64,000 bases of DNA from Candidatus Giovannonibacteria bacterium (GTDB lineage: Bacteria > Patescibacteriota > Minisyncoccia > JACPKW01 > UBA11713): contig JACPKW010000004.1 in NCBI GenBank assembly GCA_016186825.1, positions 130,237-194,236 of the forward strand. The letters run 5' to 3'. How positions within the stretch are numbered: the first letter of the stretch is position 1; every line of letters starts with the position of its first letter. Of the stretch, positions 8,800 through 19,563 are shown one piece after another. The position numbers and the translations under genes were made by a program. The notes under the pieces were generated by a model. That model was not told the origin of the DNA. It searched no databases and saw only the letters and a list, made by a program, of their open reading frames with translations.

Positions 8800-11700
8800 A
8801 TGAAAAAATATTTTCTCCCAGTCCTCTTGCTTTCTCTAATGCTCAATGCAACGGGAATGCAGTCAGCAAAAGCCGCGAGCTTGGAAAATTCCGATATTTC
8901 GGAATCACTTTTCGAATTGAATACGGTTCTTGAGTCGATTAAGGAAACGTTAAATAATTTTGCCGCACCTTCTGCCGAAGGCGAGGGATCTGTCCTAGGC
9001 GCGAGCACTGTCTATACATCGCAAAAAGCGACGAGCGCTTTCAGATTGGGGTATAACAATAATTATTCCTATTTAGTTCAGACATTCAGAGTTAATGCTG
9101 ATTCGAATCTTTCTTCCGTTTCTCTCGCACTCGCTCGCCGTGGCCTACCTACGGCGCCGATTCAATTAATTATCTCGGAACCTTACCGTTTAGGCGAAGT
9201 TGTGAATCAAACATTTTTACCTCAAGACTTGCCGACAACTTATCTAAAACCTAAATGGGTGGATGTCTCAATTGAAAAACCTGCTTTACTGAAAGCCGGA
9301 AAAGAATATCTGCTTTGGCTCAAATATAGCGATTACAATCTAAGAGGGAACAATCCGAATTATTACTTTTGGTCAGTTAATACTTCGAATCCTTATAAAG
9401 ACGGATCGATACTTACTCCGTTCAAGAGTTATCCTAAATATGATTTTCTCGCCGGATTTAATTTTTCAGGCGCACAGCCAATAGCAGTTACTTCTCCGAG
9501 TGGCGGAGAAAAATGGCTTGGAAGTCCGAAAACTACTGATACTTTAAGCGGGAATGAAATATACACTCAATACATAAAATGGACTGGCGCTCCTGATGAT
9601 TTTAGATCTATTTATGAAGGCAGAGTAAAAGCGTTTCTCGAAAAATACGAAAACGGCAAATTTATAACTGTTGGAAGAATTCCGCCTTTCGCGGCAGGCT
9701 CTATCGCATGGGTTGTCGGAGTTGTAAGCAAAGAGAATTGCGCCGAAATAAATGGAGTGGATGCAGATGGATGCTTTAATAGCGAAAATATCTTTGTTGC
9801 TCCGTCGGGAAGATATTATGTTCGCATTATAGATACAGAAACCAATATCTGGAGCAGGAGTAATGAGTTTAGCATTGTCGGAGAGACTTCCGAGGCTGTA
9901 AAAATTACTTCTGGAATTCAGCCACAAGCAACGCTTGCTCCAAGAAATTCCGTTGTTCCCTTCACAGTGATAAAAGTATCAACCTCGAAAGAAGTCAGCT
10001 TGGGAGAAATGACGGTTGAACGAACCGGACTTTCTTCCGACGGAGGCTTCAAGGAAATTGTTCTAATTGCAAATTCTGGCGTTGATAAAAACAATATCAA
10101 TAGAATTATCGCGGCAGGAACTATTGATCCCGTAACGCACCGCGCGCGTTTGCTTCCGATAAATGCGCCCAAAATCAATGGTGAAGCTCAATTCACAGTT
10201 GCGGGAGTTATGAATGACAACTTGTCGAAATATGCCGGAGAAGTGGCATACCTTTCAGTTACAGGTGCGACGTTTAGCTCGGGTGCAGTGGAATCAATTT
10301 ATTTTCCGATTACCGGAACCGCGCAAACGTTAAATGACTCGTTAACGATAGGCAGTGCGAAGATAACTTCTGATACCACGCCGTGGGTTTTATCGGCATC
10401 AAGCGTAGAGGAGCTGCTTTTAACCAAGGCAATCATAAAATTTGCGGGCGATTCAATAACTGTGGGCGGAGCTAAATATGCTTGCGAACCTTTCAGTTAC
10501 AATCTAACCATTTCAGCCTGCAATTTTGGAAACGGCATAATAATCAGCAAGGGAACTGGCGTAGCGATAACTCCGGCTTCGTCTGATGCAAGACTGCTTG
10601 CGATGAGGGAGTTTGAAATGTCCGGCAAAACATATGGATACAGAATAATTCCGGGTCAAGTTTTCGCAGGAACGGGCTCTGCCTTAGCAGTCCGCCCTTC
10701 AAAATTATTTTCTGCGCAAAATGTTATCTCCGGCGCAATGAATGCTAAACTTGGGAGCTTTGATTTGGACGCTTCGAATTCAACAGGCGAAGTTAAAATA
10801 AACACGGTAAAAGTTAGACTAACTACATCCTCAAATCTGAATCCGAATCAACTCAATAGCCTGCAATTATACGACGGAGATACTCCGATAGTTTGGGGAA
10901 GCAATACGGTTAATCCGGCAGGCACGCAAGATTCAGATGATATTTTTCTTACTTTCAACTTAAATCAGCCGCTTTCGATTAAGGCCGGAACGACTAAAAC
11001 AATTGATGTTCGCGGGAATGTCGGAACCGGAACGCAGAACGGTGACAATTTGCGTTTTGACTTCGAAAATATAGCTGACGGCGATTGGAATGTCATTGAC
11101 GCCGCGAGCGGGAACGAGATTGTTGAGGATCTTGATACGGCTACTTTCGGTTCCATAATCACTATCGTAACTTCGGGAAAAGTTTCAGAACAAATTGATT
11201 TGACAAGCCCTGTCTCAAAAAATATTCCGGCAGGTTCTGCAAGTGTTGAAGTTTTGAGGTTGCGCCTGAGCGCTTTGGATGAAGACGTAAAAATTACTAA
11301 TTTGAATGTGGCAATTGATTCGCCGGGTGATTTTTCTGCAGTCAGCTTATACGATGGCTCCGTTTTGGTTGGGCAAAAAACTTTCCCGTCGTCGAATTTG
11401 GTTCAAATCTATCTTTCTGAACCCTTTGTTGTCCCATCAAATAACTCCAAGGTCATATCAGTTCGAGTTGATGTATTGCCACAAGCGGGAGTCGGGCATA
11501 TTTTCTCGGTGTGGACGACGACGGATCCGGGTAAAGGCGTAGGACTTGTAAGCGGTAATGAAATTAAGATTTCATTAACCGGAAATGTGACAAGCGGGTC
11601 ACAGATGAAAATCGCTTCTGCAGGAGGAGAACTAAGTGGCGGAGGCGGGGGAGGTCCGGTAAATACAACCGATCTCGTTTCCAACTGGAAATTTGACGGA

Positions 11701-12381
11701 GGTACGGGCGATTCGGCGGGCACAAACAACGGTACGCTTATGAATGGGGCAAAAATCATTGATGACGGGAAAGTTGGGAAAGCTGTCTTTTTTGACGGGT
11801 CAGACGACCACGTATCAATCCCGAACGCGGCGTCTCTGATGCTCGACAAATACACGATCTCTTTCTGGTTCAGGCCGGTTGGGAACATAAATGAGTATGA
11901 TTCTTACTCTCATGTTTTTCTAGGAAAAGGCTCGAACAACACGCTCGGAACCGCTAACCGCGATGGACGCTTTGAAATTCGCGGACCTTTGCCGCGAGCA
12001 TATTCTTCATCAGCTAACTGGATTTCCGGAACATGGTATTTCGCGACGCTTTCTTTTGACGGAAGCTTACACCGCTTATATATAAACGGGAAAGAAGAGG
12101 GAAGCGCGGCAGGAAGCTATTCTTTGCTCGCAAATGACAATAAATTGACAATCGGAGGCGATCCGCAGCTTTTCTCCTGGTTTAACGGCGCGATCGATGA
12201 AGTAAAAATACATAACCGCGCGCTTTCTGCGGCAGAAATTTCCGCGCTTTATATGAGCAGCGCAGCTACTGCTTTGGAAAACAAATCTTCAACGGGAAGC
12301 AATCAGGTAGCGAGTTTGATAAGCGGCCTTGAAAAAGTTACTTCCTCGATTCTCGGATTTATAAAAAACCTTTCGCGATAA
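8800..12381 (+). CDS. large secreted protein (1193 aa) with classical signal peptide and C-terminal LamG (concanavalin-A-like) domain
   Basis: Signal peptide MKKYFLPVLLLSLMLNATGMQSAKA. The C-terminal LVSNWKFDGGTGDSAGTNNGT...GAIDEVKIHNRALSAAEISALY matches Laminin_G_3-type jelly rolls. Confidence 0.8.
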   Translation: MKKYFLPVLLLSLMLNATGMQSAKAASLENSDISESLFELNTVLESIKETLNNFAAPSAEGEGSVLGASTVYTSQKATSAFRLGYNNNYSYLVQTFRVNADSNLSSVSLALARRGLPTAPIQLIISEPYRLGEVVNQTFLPQDLPTTYLKPKWVDVSIEKPALLKAGKEYLLWLKYSDYNLRGNNPNYYFWSVNTSNPYKDGSILTPFKSYPKYDFLAGFNFSGAQPIAVTSPSGGEKWLGSPKTTDTLSGNEIYTQYIKWTGAPDDFRSIYEGRVKAFLEKYENGKFITVGRIPPFAAGSIAWVVGVVSKENCAEINGVDADGCFNSENIFVAPSGRYYVRIIDTETNIWSRSNEFSIVGETSEAVKITSGIQPQATLAPRNSVVPFTVIKVSTSKEVSLGEMTVERTGLSSDGGFKEIVLIANSGVDKNNINRIIAAGTIDPVTHRARLLPINAPKINGEAQFTVAGVMNDNLSKYAGEVAYLSVTGATFSSGAVESIYFPITGTAQTLNDSLTIGSAKITSDTTPWVLSASSVEELLLTKAIIKFAGDSITVGGAKYACEPFSYNLTISACNFGNGIIISKGTGVAITPASSDARLLAMREFEMSGKTYGYRIIPGQVFAGTGSALAVRPSKLFSAQNVISGAMNAKLGSFDLDASNSTGEVKINTVKVRLTTSSNLNPNQLNSLQLYDGDTPIVWGSNTVNPAGTQDSDDIFLTFNLNQPLSIKAGTTKTIDVRGNVGTGTQNGDNLRFDFENIADGDWNVIDAASGNEIVEDLDTATFGSIITIVTSGKVSEQIDLTSPVSKNIPAGSASVEVLRLRLSALDEDVKITNLNVAIDSPGDFSAVSLYDGSVLVGQKTFPSSNLVQIYLSEPFVVPSNNSKVISVRVDVLPQAGVGHIFSVWTTTDPGKGVGLVSGNEIKISLTGNVTSGSQMKIASAGGELSGGGGGGPVNTTDLVSNWKFDGGTGDSAGTNNGTLMNGAKIIDDGKVGKAVFFDGSDDHVSIPNAASLMLDKYTISFWFRPVGNINEYDSYSHVFLGKGSNNTLGTANRDGRFEIRGPLPRAYSSSANWISGTWYFATLSFDGSLHRLYINGKEEGSAAGSYSLLANDNKLTIGGDPQLFSWFNGAIDEVKIHNRALSAAEISALYMSSAATALENKSSTGSNQVASLISGLEKVTSSILGFIKNLSR

Positions 12382-12386
12382 ATTTT

Positions 12387-12881
12387 ATGGAAGATTTGAG
12401 CGGCCAAAAAGTTTTGTTAAAAGACATTATGACAAAAAAAGTTGTTGCAGTCAGTCCGGAAACTTCGCTTATTGAAGCCGCTCGAATTCTTTCTGAAAAG
12501 AAATTTTCAGGAATGCCAGTTATTGATAAAAAAAACAAACTTGTTGGGATTCTCACCGAATACGATCTGATCAGCAAAGAAGATTTATTGCACCTCCCGA
12601 CTTTTCAGAAAATTCTTGAGAATCTCGCGGTTTACCGCAAAAATCGCCATGAAATTTCTGCAGAGATAAAACAAGTCTCGCGCTTGAAAGTGAAAGATGT
12701 GATGAATGACGATCCTTTGACTCTTCAAGAAAATGCGACGCTTGAAAGCACAGTTAGGACATTCAAAGATCATCATCGCGTAAATCCCATTCCGGTCCTT
12801 GATCAAAACAAAAAAGTGGTCGGAGTTATCAGCCGTTTTGATTTAATAAAACCTCTTTATGCGAAGACTATCCGCGCGTAG
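12387..12881 (+). CDS. CBS-domain pair protein
   Basis: Two CBS repeats: IMTKKVVAVSPETSLIEAARIL ... GMPVID and VMNDDPLTLQENATLESTVRTF ... IPVLD. Confidence 0.8.
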   Translation: MEDLSGQKVLLKDIMTKKVVAVSPETSLIEAARILSEKKFSGMPVIDKKNKLVGILTEYDLISKEDLLHLPTFQKILENLAVYRKNRHEISAEIKQVSRLKVKDVMNDDPLTLQENATLESTVRTFKDHHRVNPIPVLDQNKKVVGVISRFDLIKPLYAKTIRA

Positions 12882-15800
12882 CAGGACTAAAGCGAAAAGT
12901 TCGGATCTCATTGTCGCCGATGCCTTTCAGGCACTTCAAGAAGAATATGTTGTAATCGGAAAGGACCGCGTTCGTTCGTGGGATGCTTGGCTTACGTTAG
13001 GATTCATTGTCGGAATCTCTGCAACTCTAATTTTTGTATCGAATAGGGGAGGGGAATTTGAGAAATCGAGCGCTTTCGAGGACTGGTTCCCGGAGGATAT
13101 GAACTTTTATGATATGAGCGATATCAATACTTCTTGGCTCGCAACGCAGCCAATAGTTCAAAGTGGAAATTATTTCTATCAGGATATTGCAAACAGCTTT
13201 AATTACGACGAAGTTGGATCGAATGATTTTTTTGACAGTCTTCGTGATACGATTACTGATTTTAGTTTAGACGTGAATTTAGAACAATATGTCAGAAATC
13301 TTCAAGACGAAGAATTTGAAAGTTTTCAAGATGATGCCGAGAATTATTTGAAATTTTTTGGAGTGTCAGAGAAGGAAATAGATGTAATTAATAATGAATT
13401 TTATTTCATTTCTCCCGAAGCGAGGGCGAAATTTGAATCGGAATTAAGCATTACTGATGATCCTAATGGCGATTTATTAATAGCAATGAATAATGCGCGC
13501 GCGGAAGAACTCGCTCGAGAATTTGACTTGTTATACGGTTCTGCCCAAAAAAGAATTTCCAAATTTTTTCCTAATATCGCGATTGGGTTCGATGATTCGA
13601 TACATAATGTTAGGAAAGAAGCTTTTTTTGACGCGCTTGAATATATTTTGGTCAAATCCGGAGATGTAATGATGCAGAATGCGGATTTAAAAATTTTAGT
13701 TGTTGGAGAGCAGGAATATCTCGACATCCTAAAAATCGGGCGGAATAGTTTGGCTGGTTTGCCAGATGGGTTGACTGTTGTCAATGCTGTTGATGCATCG
13801 AAAAAAGTTTTTGGTAGTGAGTATAAGTACGGCATGATAATCTGCACGGATTGTTTAGATATGAAAGGTGAAGCTTTCGGGGAAGATTCTTTTTCGCACA
13901 TACTTGCCCACGAGCTAAAACATGTATCTGATTTCGAGAGAAAAGGTGTTTTTCTTGATTCAGATGATAGAAAATTATTTGAAGAGTGTAAGTTGTTAGG
14001 TGGGGGCTGTTTTGCGACCGCTTACGCATCTTCTAAGGAGACTGAAATGGGTCCAGAAAATTTTGCGTGCGAAATTGTTGGCGCTCCATTTTGCACGAAA
14101 ATGGAAAATATTAGCGGATCCTTGCCTGTATTGCAAAATTTTTCTAAGCAGTATGAAAAATTAATCCGCGACGGAGCATTGAACGTTTCTGCTGGAGGCG
14201 ACGATGTTATTTTAAATAATGATTTTGGCGTCAGTCCTTTTAACCTTGCAGTTACCGATGGCGAAAATTTCAAGTCATTGCTTTCCGCAATAGACAGAAA
14301 GTTAACCACGGTTGCAGGCAACAATGCGAACTTATCTTTAAGCGAGACAGTTGAAATGACTAGAAATTTAGCTGGCGCTGCTGCAGACGTGGCGGAAATT
14401 GCTCACCTTGACGCTAGAGTTTCTATTGCGCGAAAAGATGAAGCTGACGAAAAAGCGGAGGAGTCTCTTGCTATTATTTCTGAGCTTGATTCTTACGCTC
14501 CCGTTCTTGCGTCGGGCAAGCGCGTGCTAGACGCGATCAGAAACGGGAGCATATCTGCTTATGAGATCTCGGAAATACTTTTGAAGGCCTCGATCGGAAG
14601 CAGCAAGTTGAAGTCTTTACAGCCAACAAAGACTAAAGTAAATATAACATCTCAGCCTAGTAAAAAATATTTGTCGTTTGAAACATTATTGTCCAAAGGA
14701 ATGGAAGTGATAGCAAACGAACTCACTGCTACAGTTTTGACTAAGCAAGACAAAGATCTTATTAGCGCGTTGGCTGCTACGAGAGTTAAAGCGCTTGAAG
14801 AAGCGGGGACGGTCGGAGATAAAGGGATGATTAATGCGAAAAAAGCGCTCGATCTCGCAAATCCAAAGACAGTAGATCCTTTGATGGAGCAAGCCAATGA
14901 CGCCTTAAACGCTGCGAGAGGTGCGGCGCATGCGAAAGGCACGGTCGCGGCGAATGAAGCATTCGTCCGCGCGCAGAGTGAATACAATAACGCGCTGCGC
15001 GCTTCAAATACCTTAAAATCCACCGTTGGCGGAAGCATTCGTGAAAGCGTCGGGTTTTATTCAAGAAGTAATGTTTTGCCTGCCGCGATTACAAAAGTTA
15101 AAAGCTACACTTCTTCAAAATCACCGCTCAAAAAAGCTTTGAGCGATTTTGCTTCGAAAGTCGAGGCCGCCCAAAAAGCGGAAATGGAGAAATTATCTGC
15201 CGCAAACGAGATGCTTGCATCCGCGAGAGGCGAGATAGAAAACGCTAAAGCGCGCGGAACATTTGGCAGCACAGCCGAGGCGCAGCTGAAAACGGGCGCT
15301 GAAAAAATCCAGCGCGCGCTAAATCATCTGGCCGGCAAAGCTCCCGCAAAACAGTATGCAAAAGAGCCCGCCTACTTAAAAACTGTCGCTTTCAAAAAGG
15401 CGATCAAAGCTTTGAACACTTCGAAAAAGAATGTCGATGCTAATCTAAAAAAAATTAAGTATCCCGAAAAGAAAATTGACCTGGTGCAGGATGTCAGGGA
15501 TTACGCTTACATTATTAAAAATGAGCTCGCGGATGCTGAAAGAGAAACTCAAAATCTGAAAAACGCGATTCAAAATATAAAAGCTATCACCAATGGAATT
15601 AATACGGGCCAGGCGGCCGGAACTCTGCCATCGGACGAATCTGTTTCAAATAACACAAATACGCAGTCTAACGTAATTATACAAAACAAGATAACGACGG
15701 AAATTACTTCTTTTACAGTGGACAAAGACAGGATTAATTCTGGCGAGGTCGCAACATTCATCATTTCCGGAGCTGATAATTCCCAGCTTGCATTTGCTCT

Positions 15801-16683
15801 TTCCTGCCCTGAGGGAGTCTCTGCTAAATCTGCTTCAAATTCTGAAATCTGCAACACGGCGGTTACTCTTCCTATCGGAACAAAACAATATTCTCTTATA
15901 TTTACGAATCCACATAATTCAGAAGCCGGAATTGCGGCGGTTCTTAAAATTACGGATGCGAGCGTTTCTATAACTTTGACGAGAACGCTGAAAGTAATTG
16001 CTACGCAAAGCGCTTCAGCTTCGATAATCTGTTCGGCTGTAAACGGGCTTCTCGCCCAATTTAAATTCGACGCAAACTCTGCTGCAGATTCTTCCTGCAG
16101 TAACAATAATGGGCAAGTTATCGGAGGTTCCTTCGCGGACGGGAAAACTAATTTTGGGAAAGCCTTGATCTTGAATGGTTCGGGCCAATACGTAAATATT
16201 CCGGACTCTTCTTTGCTCGACGCCTCGCAAATAACTATTTCTGCTTGGATTAAAACAACTGCAACAGCGGGAACAATCGCAGACCGCTTTCTATTAATAA
16301 ACAACAAAGGCTACGGCTGGAGACTGGGCTTGCAGGAAATTAGTGATAAACCCGGCAAAGCGACAATTTTTGGAACTATCTATATAAATGGAGATAACCA
16401 CAACCCTTGGCCGTATGGGCAAGGGCCGGTTATTAATGACGGAAACTGGCATCACGTTGCAATGACTTCAAACGGCTCTCAAGGAACTTGGTATGTTGAC
16501 GGCATTTTCACTACAAATCAAGGCAACCCTTTCGGAACTGGAAATATAAACGATGTAAACGCGCCTTTAACAATCGGAAAAGGTGAGACCGGATTTTTCA
16601 ACGGCTTGATTGATGATGTCCGCCTTTATAACCGCGCGCTTTCGTGGGGTGAGATTAATAATTTATTTCGCGAATCACAATAA
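12859..16683 (+). CDS. giant membrane-anchored surface protein (1274 aa): conserved N-terminal anchor module, HExxH region, Ala/Lys-rich helical stalk, C-terminal LamG domain
   Basis: N-terminus EEYVVIGKDRVRSWDAWLTLGFIVGISATLIFVSNRGGEFE is shared with the next three genes. HELKH occurs at ~aa 350. The C-terminus LLAQFKFDANSAADSS...GLIDDVRLYNRALSWGEINNLF is LamG-like. Confidence 0.8.
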   Translation: MRRLSARSRTKAKSSDLIVADAFQALQEEYVVIGKDRVRSWDAWLTLGFIVGISATLIFVSNRGGEFEKSSAFEDWFPEDMNFYDMSDINTSWLATQPIVQSGNYFYQDIANSFNYDEVGSNDFFDSLRDTITDFSLDVNLEQYVRNLQDEEFESFQDDAENYLKFFGVSEKEIDVINNEFYFISPEARAKFESELSITDDPNGDLLIAMNNARAEELAREFDLLYGSAQKRISKFFPNIAIGFDDSIHNVRKEAFFDALEYILVKSGDVMMQNADLKILVVGEQEYLDILKIGRNSLAGLPDGLTVVNAVDASKKVFGSEYKYGMIICTDCLDMKGEAFGEDSFSHILAHELKHVSDFERKGVFLDSDDRKLFEECKLLGGGCFATAYASSKETEMGPENFACEIVGAPFCTKMENISGSLPVLQNFSKQYEKLIRDGALNVSAGGDDVILNNDFGVSPFNLAVTDGENFKSLLSAIDRKLTTVAGNNANLSLSETVEMTRNLAGAAADVAEIAHLDARVSIARKDEADEKAEESLAIISELDSYAPVLASGKRVLDAIRNGSISAYEISEILLKASIGSSKLKSLQPTKTKVNITSQPSKKYLSFETLLSKGMEVIANELTATVLTKQDKDLISALAATRVKALEEAGTVGDKGMINAKKALDLANPKTVDPLMEQANDALNAARGAAHAKGTVAANEAFVRAQSEYNNALRASNTLKSTVGGSIRESVGFYSRSNVLPAAITKVKSYTSSKSPLKKALSDFASKVEAAQKAEMEKLSAANEMLASARGEIENAKARGTFGSTAEAQLKTGAEKIQRALNHLAGKAPAKQYAKEPAYLKTVAFKKAIKALNTSKKNVDANLKKIKYPEKKIDLVQDVRDYAYIIKNELADAERETQNLKNAIQNIKAITNGINTGQAAGTLPSDESVSNNTNTQSNVIIQNKITTEITSFTVDKDRINSGEVATFIISGADNSQLAFALSCPEGVSAKSASNSEICNTAVTLPIGTKQYSLIFTNPHNSEAGIAAVLKITDASVSITLTRTLKVIATQSASASIICSAVNGLLAQFKFDANSAADSSCSNNNGQVIGGSFADGKTNFGKALILNGSGQYVNIPDSSLLDASQITISAWIKTTATAGTIADRFLLINNKGYGWRLGLQEISDKPGKATIFGTIYINGDNHNPWPYGQGPVINDGNWHHVAMTSNGSQGTWYVDGIFTTNQGNPFGTGNINDVNAPLTIGKGETGFFNGLIDDVRLYNRALSWGEINNLFRESQ

Positions 16684-16692
16684 TTTAAAAAA

Positions 16693-19530
16693 ATGCCTGC
16701 GATGAAAAAAGAAACAGAATTATTGATTTCAAAAACTTTCCGAGCGCTCGAAAAGGAATACGTTGTGATTGGAAAAACTAGAGTGCGTTCGTGGGATGCT
16801 TGGCTCGTTGTCGGCCTCTTTGCAGGTTTTTTAATTGCCATTCTTTTTATAGCCAATAAGGATGGAGGATTTGAAAGTTCCGATGCCGCTGATGTTGCCG
16901 CGGCAAGAGAAAATATTCTCGTAATCGGTAAACGGGCTTTGTATGGCTATCACCTGGGCTCTTCTTCCGCCACAAAAAATCTTGCACAATCATTTATTGC
17001 GCCGAGCAGGCCGATAAACGGAGTGAACCTATTTTTCGCTAAAAGAGGCAGTCCAACTTACCCGGTTAAAGTTTCAATTAAATCATCTCTTTCACTGTCC
17101 GAAGATATTGTAAGCACAGTCATAACTCCCTCTATTTCATCAACTAACCATAGAGTTCCGAACGCGGTCGATGTCACATTTCCAAGCCAAGTAAGTCTAG
17201 CTCCCGGCTCGATATACTTTCTTACGCTCGCCGTTGAAGATGAAAATCTAAATGCAAGAAATTATTATTTGTTGTCTGCAGATACAAATTCATATCCGAA
17301 CGGGTCGCTTTACATAGTAAATAGACGAGCGAGTGCAGATGCACGTGTAAATTTTTACGCTATTGCTAACGTGCCGCCTGCGCAAGCCACGTCGTTTCCG
17401 GAACCTCCCAAAGACACAACCGCACCGTCTGTTTCTATTTTGACGCCCTCCGGCGGCTCAGCTGTAGCTGGCAATGTCTCCGTCCAAATTTCCGCTTCGG
17501 ACAATCTGGGAATCAGCAAGGTGGAATTGCTGAAAGACGGAGTTTTGTTCAAAGTATTCACATCCGCGCCGTATTCTTATCTTTGGAATACCGCCGGCGA
17601 TACAAATTCTTCCCATACTTTACTGGCAAGGGCTTACGACTCCGCCGGAAATTTTTCTGTATCGAATAGCGTGAGCGTTATTCTTAATAATCTTCCTGCC
17701 CAGACCACCCCAATAATTTCCTCCCTTTCAAGCGAACCAGACTTATTGGCTCACTACTCTTTTGATGAAGGCGTAGGAACAGAAGCAAAAGATTTTACAG
17801 GCAAAAATAAATCAGGGATTTTAATTGGAAGTCCGAATTGGGTGCAGGGGATTACCGGCTCGTCTTCAGATAAAGCTTTGCTTTTTAACGGAAAAACTGA
17901 TTATGTTTCAATTCCAAATTCGGCGTTTCTAACTAAAAATCACCCGCTCACAATTTCTTTTTGGTTTAAACCGGCAAAAAAAATTAGTTCCGATGATCCC
18001 GAAAGCCACATAATATTTGGAAAAAGTGTATATGACAAAATTGGGTTTGCAAATAGCGATGGAAGACTGGAAATAGGAAACCCTCCAGACCGCTTAAACT
18101 CTGTCAACAATTTATGGGAATCTGAAAAATGGTATTTTTTAGCTTATTCGGTTGATAGTTCCGGCGCAAGGTTATCCATAAACGGTGCAGAAACTGACAG
18201 TTCACCCTCCATAACTAACTCCATTCTTTCAGGAAACAATGATCTGGCTATTGGAGGCGGTTTTAGCAATGGATTTAACGGGGCTATTGATGAAGTGAAA
18301 ATTTTTGGAAAAGCTCTTTCGCAGTCCGAAATTAAGGAAATTTATAATAAAACGCCGCAGATGCATAATATAATTTCCTACGGGGCTATTCCGGATGATT
18401 TGCTTCCCGACCATGCGGCTATACAAGCTGCAATTGACGACGCGGCAATCAAAGGAGGAGGCATTGTTTTTGTTCCAAAAGGGACGTTCATAATTGGAGA
18501 CAAAGTTCTGCTGAAGAATAATATTTCTTTATTGGGAGACGGCTGGGAAAGTATTTTAAAATCACAGGATGGCAGAAGCGGTCCGAATGTAACGATGGTG
18601 ACGTGGATAAAAAATTATACATATACGGAACCGGGGCTAAGTAATGTTACGGTTAAAAATTTACAAATGGACGGGAATAAAGAGAACCAGGGCGTGTCTA
18701 TTGGGGGCAAAAAGGATATTTCGGGGAGCGTTCTTCTTTTGGCTGGCGATAATCTTATTGTTGAAAATAATTATATTCATGATTCCGTGGATTCGTGCAT
18801 AGGAACAGGAAAGATTCAAGATAAATATGGAGCGGGGAAAAACTTATTGATTAAAAATAACAAACTTGAGAGATGCGGTTTTGACCCTTATAGAAAAGCC
18901 GATGGGCAGTGGTGGGGCGGTATCGGCATTACAAGCGGAGAACATATTGTAATTGAGAATAATACGATCAGCGAAAGTATTTCTTTCGCAATAGTTTTGG
19001 AGCCTAACAATTCATACCCGGGTTGGATTATTCGCGATGCGCTTATAACAAAAAATAATGTTACCGATGGTTCTATTGCAGTTAACAGTCACAACCTGCC
19101 CTTTATTGTCGTGGACGATATTAGAATCATCAACAATACGCTGGACAATTCACGCTCCTATTCTGTTGGTATTAGAGTTGAAAATCAAACAAAAAGCGTT
19201 TTGATCAAAGATAATATTTTAACCGGCCCTAAATTATATAGCGCTGTTGTAGGATTACAAAAAACTAATGGAGTAAAAGTAATCAATAATAAAATCCATC
19301 AAACTTCTCAATATTACGATCCAAATATTGAATATCTTACGGATCTTGTCGGTATATTAATCTACGATACATCTAATTCTGAGATCCTAGGTAATAATTT
19401 TTCCCATGAACCTTCAGATGAATTTGTCAGCGGACCGGGCATAAAAGTAAAAGGAACGTCTGCAAATAATATGTTTGCAGAGAATATATTTTCTGACTCT
19501 ATTCGCAGGCCATATGAATTCAATAATTAA
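16693..19530 (+). CDS. membrane-anchored surface protein (945 aa): N-terminal anchor module, Ig-like domain, LamG domain, C-terminal right-handed beta-helix (pectate-lyase-3-like) domain
   Basis: KEYVVIGKTRVRSWDAWLVVGLFAG anchor. Ig-like APSVSILTPSGG...LWNT. LamG LLAHYSFDEGVGTEAKD...GAIDEVKIFGKALSQSEIKEIY. YGAIPDDLLPDHAAIQAAIDDAAIKGGGIVFVPKGTFII plus repeated NN-x-I-x-x-S turns indicate a beta-helix. Confidence 0.8.
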   Translation: MPAMKKETELLISKTFRALEKEYVVIGKTRVRSWDAWLVVGLFAGFLIAILFIANKDGGFESSDAADVAAARENILVIGKRALYGYHLGSSSATKNLAQSFIAPSRPINGVNLFFAKRGSPTYPVKVSIKSSLSLSEDIVSTVITPSISSTNHRVPNAVDVTFPSQVSLAPGSIYFLTLAVEDENLNARNYYLLSADTNSYPNGSLYIVNRRASADARVNFYAIANVPPAQATSFPEPPKDTTAPSVSILTPSGGSAVAGNVSVQISASDNLGISKVELLKDGVLFKVFTSAPYSYLWNTAGDTNSSHTLLARAYDSAGNFSVSNSVSVILNNLPAQTTPIISSLSSEPDLLAHYSFDEGVGTEAKDFTGKNKSGILIGSPNWVQGITGSSSDKALLFNGKTDYVSIPNSAFLTKNHPLTISFWFKPAKKISSDDPESHIIFGKSVYDKIGFANSDGRLEIGNPPDRLNSVNNLWESEKWYFLAYSVDSSGARLSINGAETDSSPSITNSILSGNNDLAIGGGFSNGFNGAIDEVKIFGKALSQSEIKEIYNKTPQMHNIISYGAIPDDLLPDHAAIQAAIDDAAIKGGGIVFVPKGTFIIGDKVLLKNNISLLGDGWESILKSQDGRSGPNVTMVTWIKNYTYTEPGLSNVTVKNLQMDGNKENQGVSIGGKKDISGSVLLLAGDNLIVENNYIHDSVDSCIGTGKIQDKYGAGKNLLIKNNKLERCGFDPYRKADGQWWGGIGITSGEHIVIENNTISESISFAIVLEPNNSYPGWIIRDALITKNNVTDGSIAVNSHNLPFIVVDDIRIINNTLDNSRSYSVGIRVENQTKSVLIKDNILTGPKLYSAVVGLQKTNGVKVINNKIHQTSQYYDPNIEYLTDLVGILIYDTSNSEILGNNFSHEPSDEFVSGPGIKVKGTSANNMFAENIFSDSIRRPYEFNN

Positions 19531-19563
19531 TTATTTATAAGATGTTTTAATTTTTTAAGGACA

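Noticed and set aside
8700-8800. Hairpin TAGGC-TTTCGAG-GCCTA + T5 upstream of the 8800 gene as a terminator or attenuator
   Set aside because: The stem is only 5 bp, and it sits in a promoter-proximal position. It cannot be distinguished from chance.
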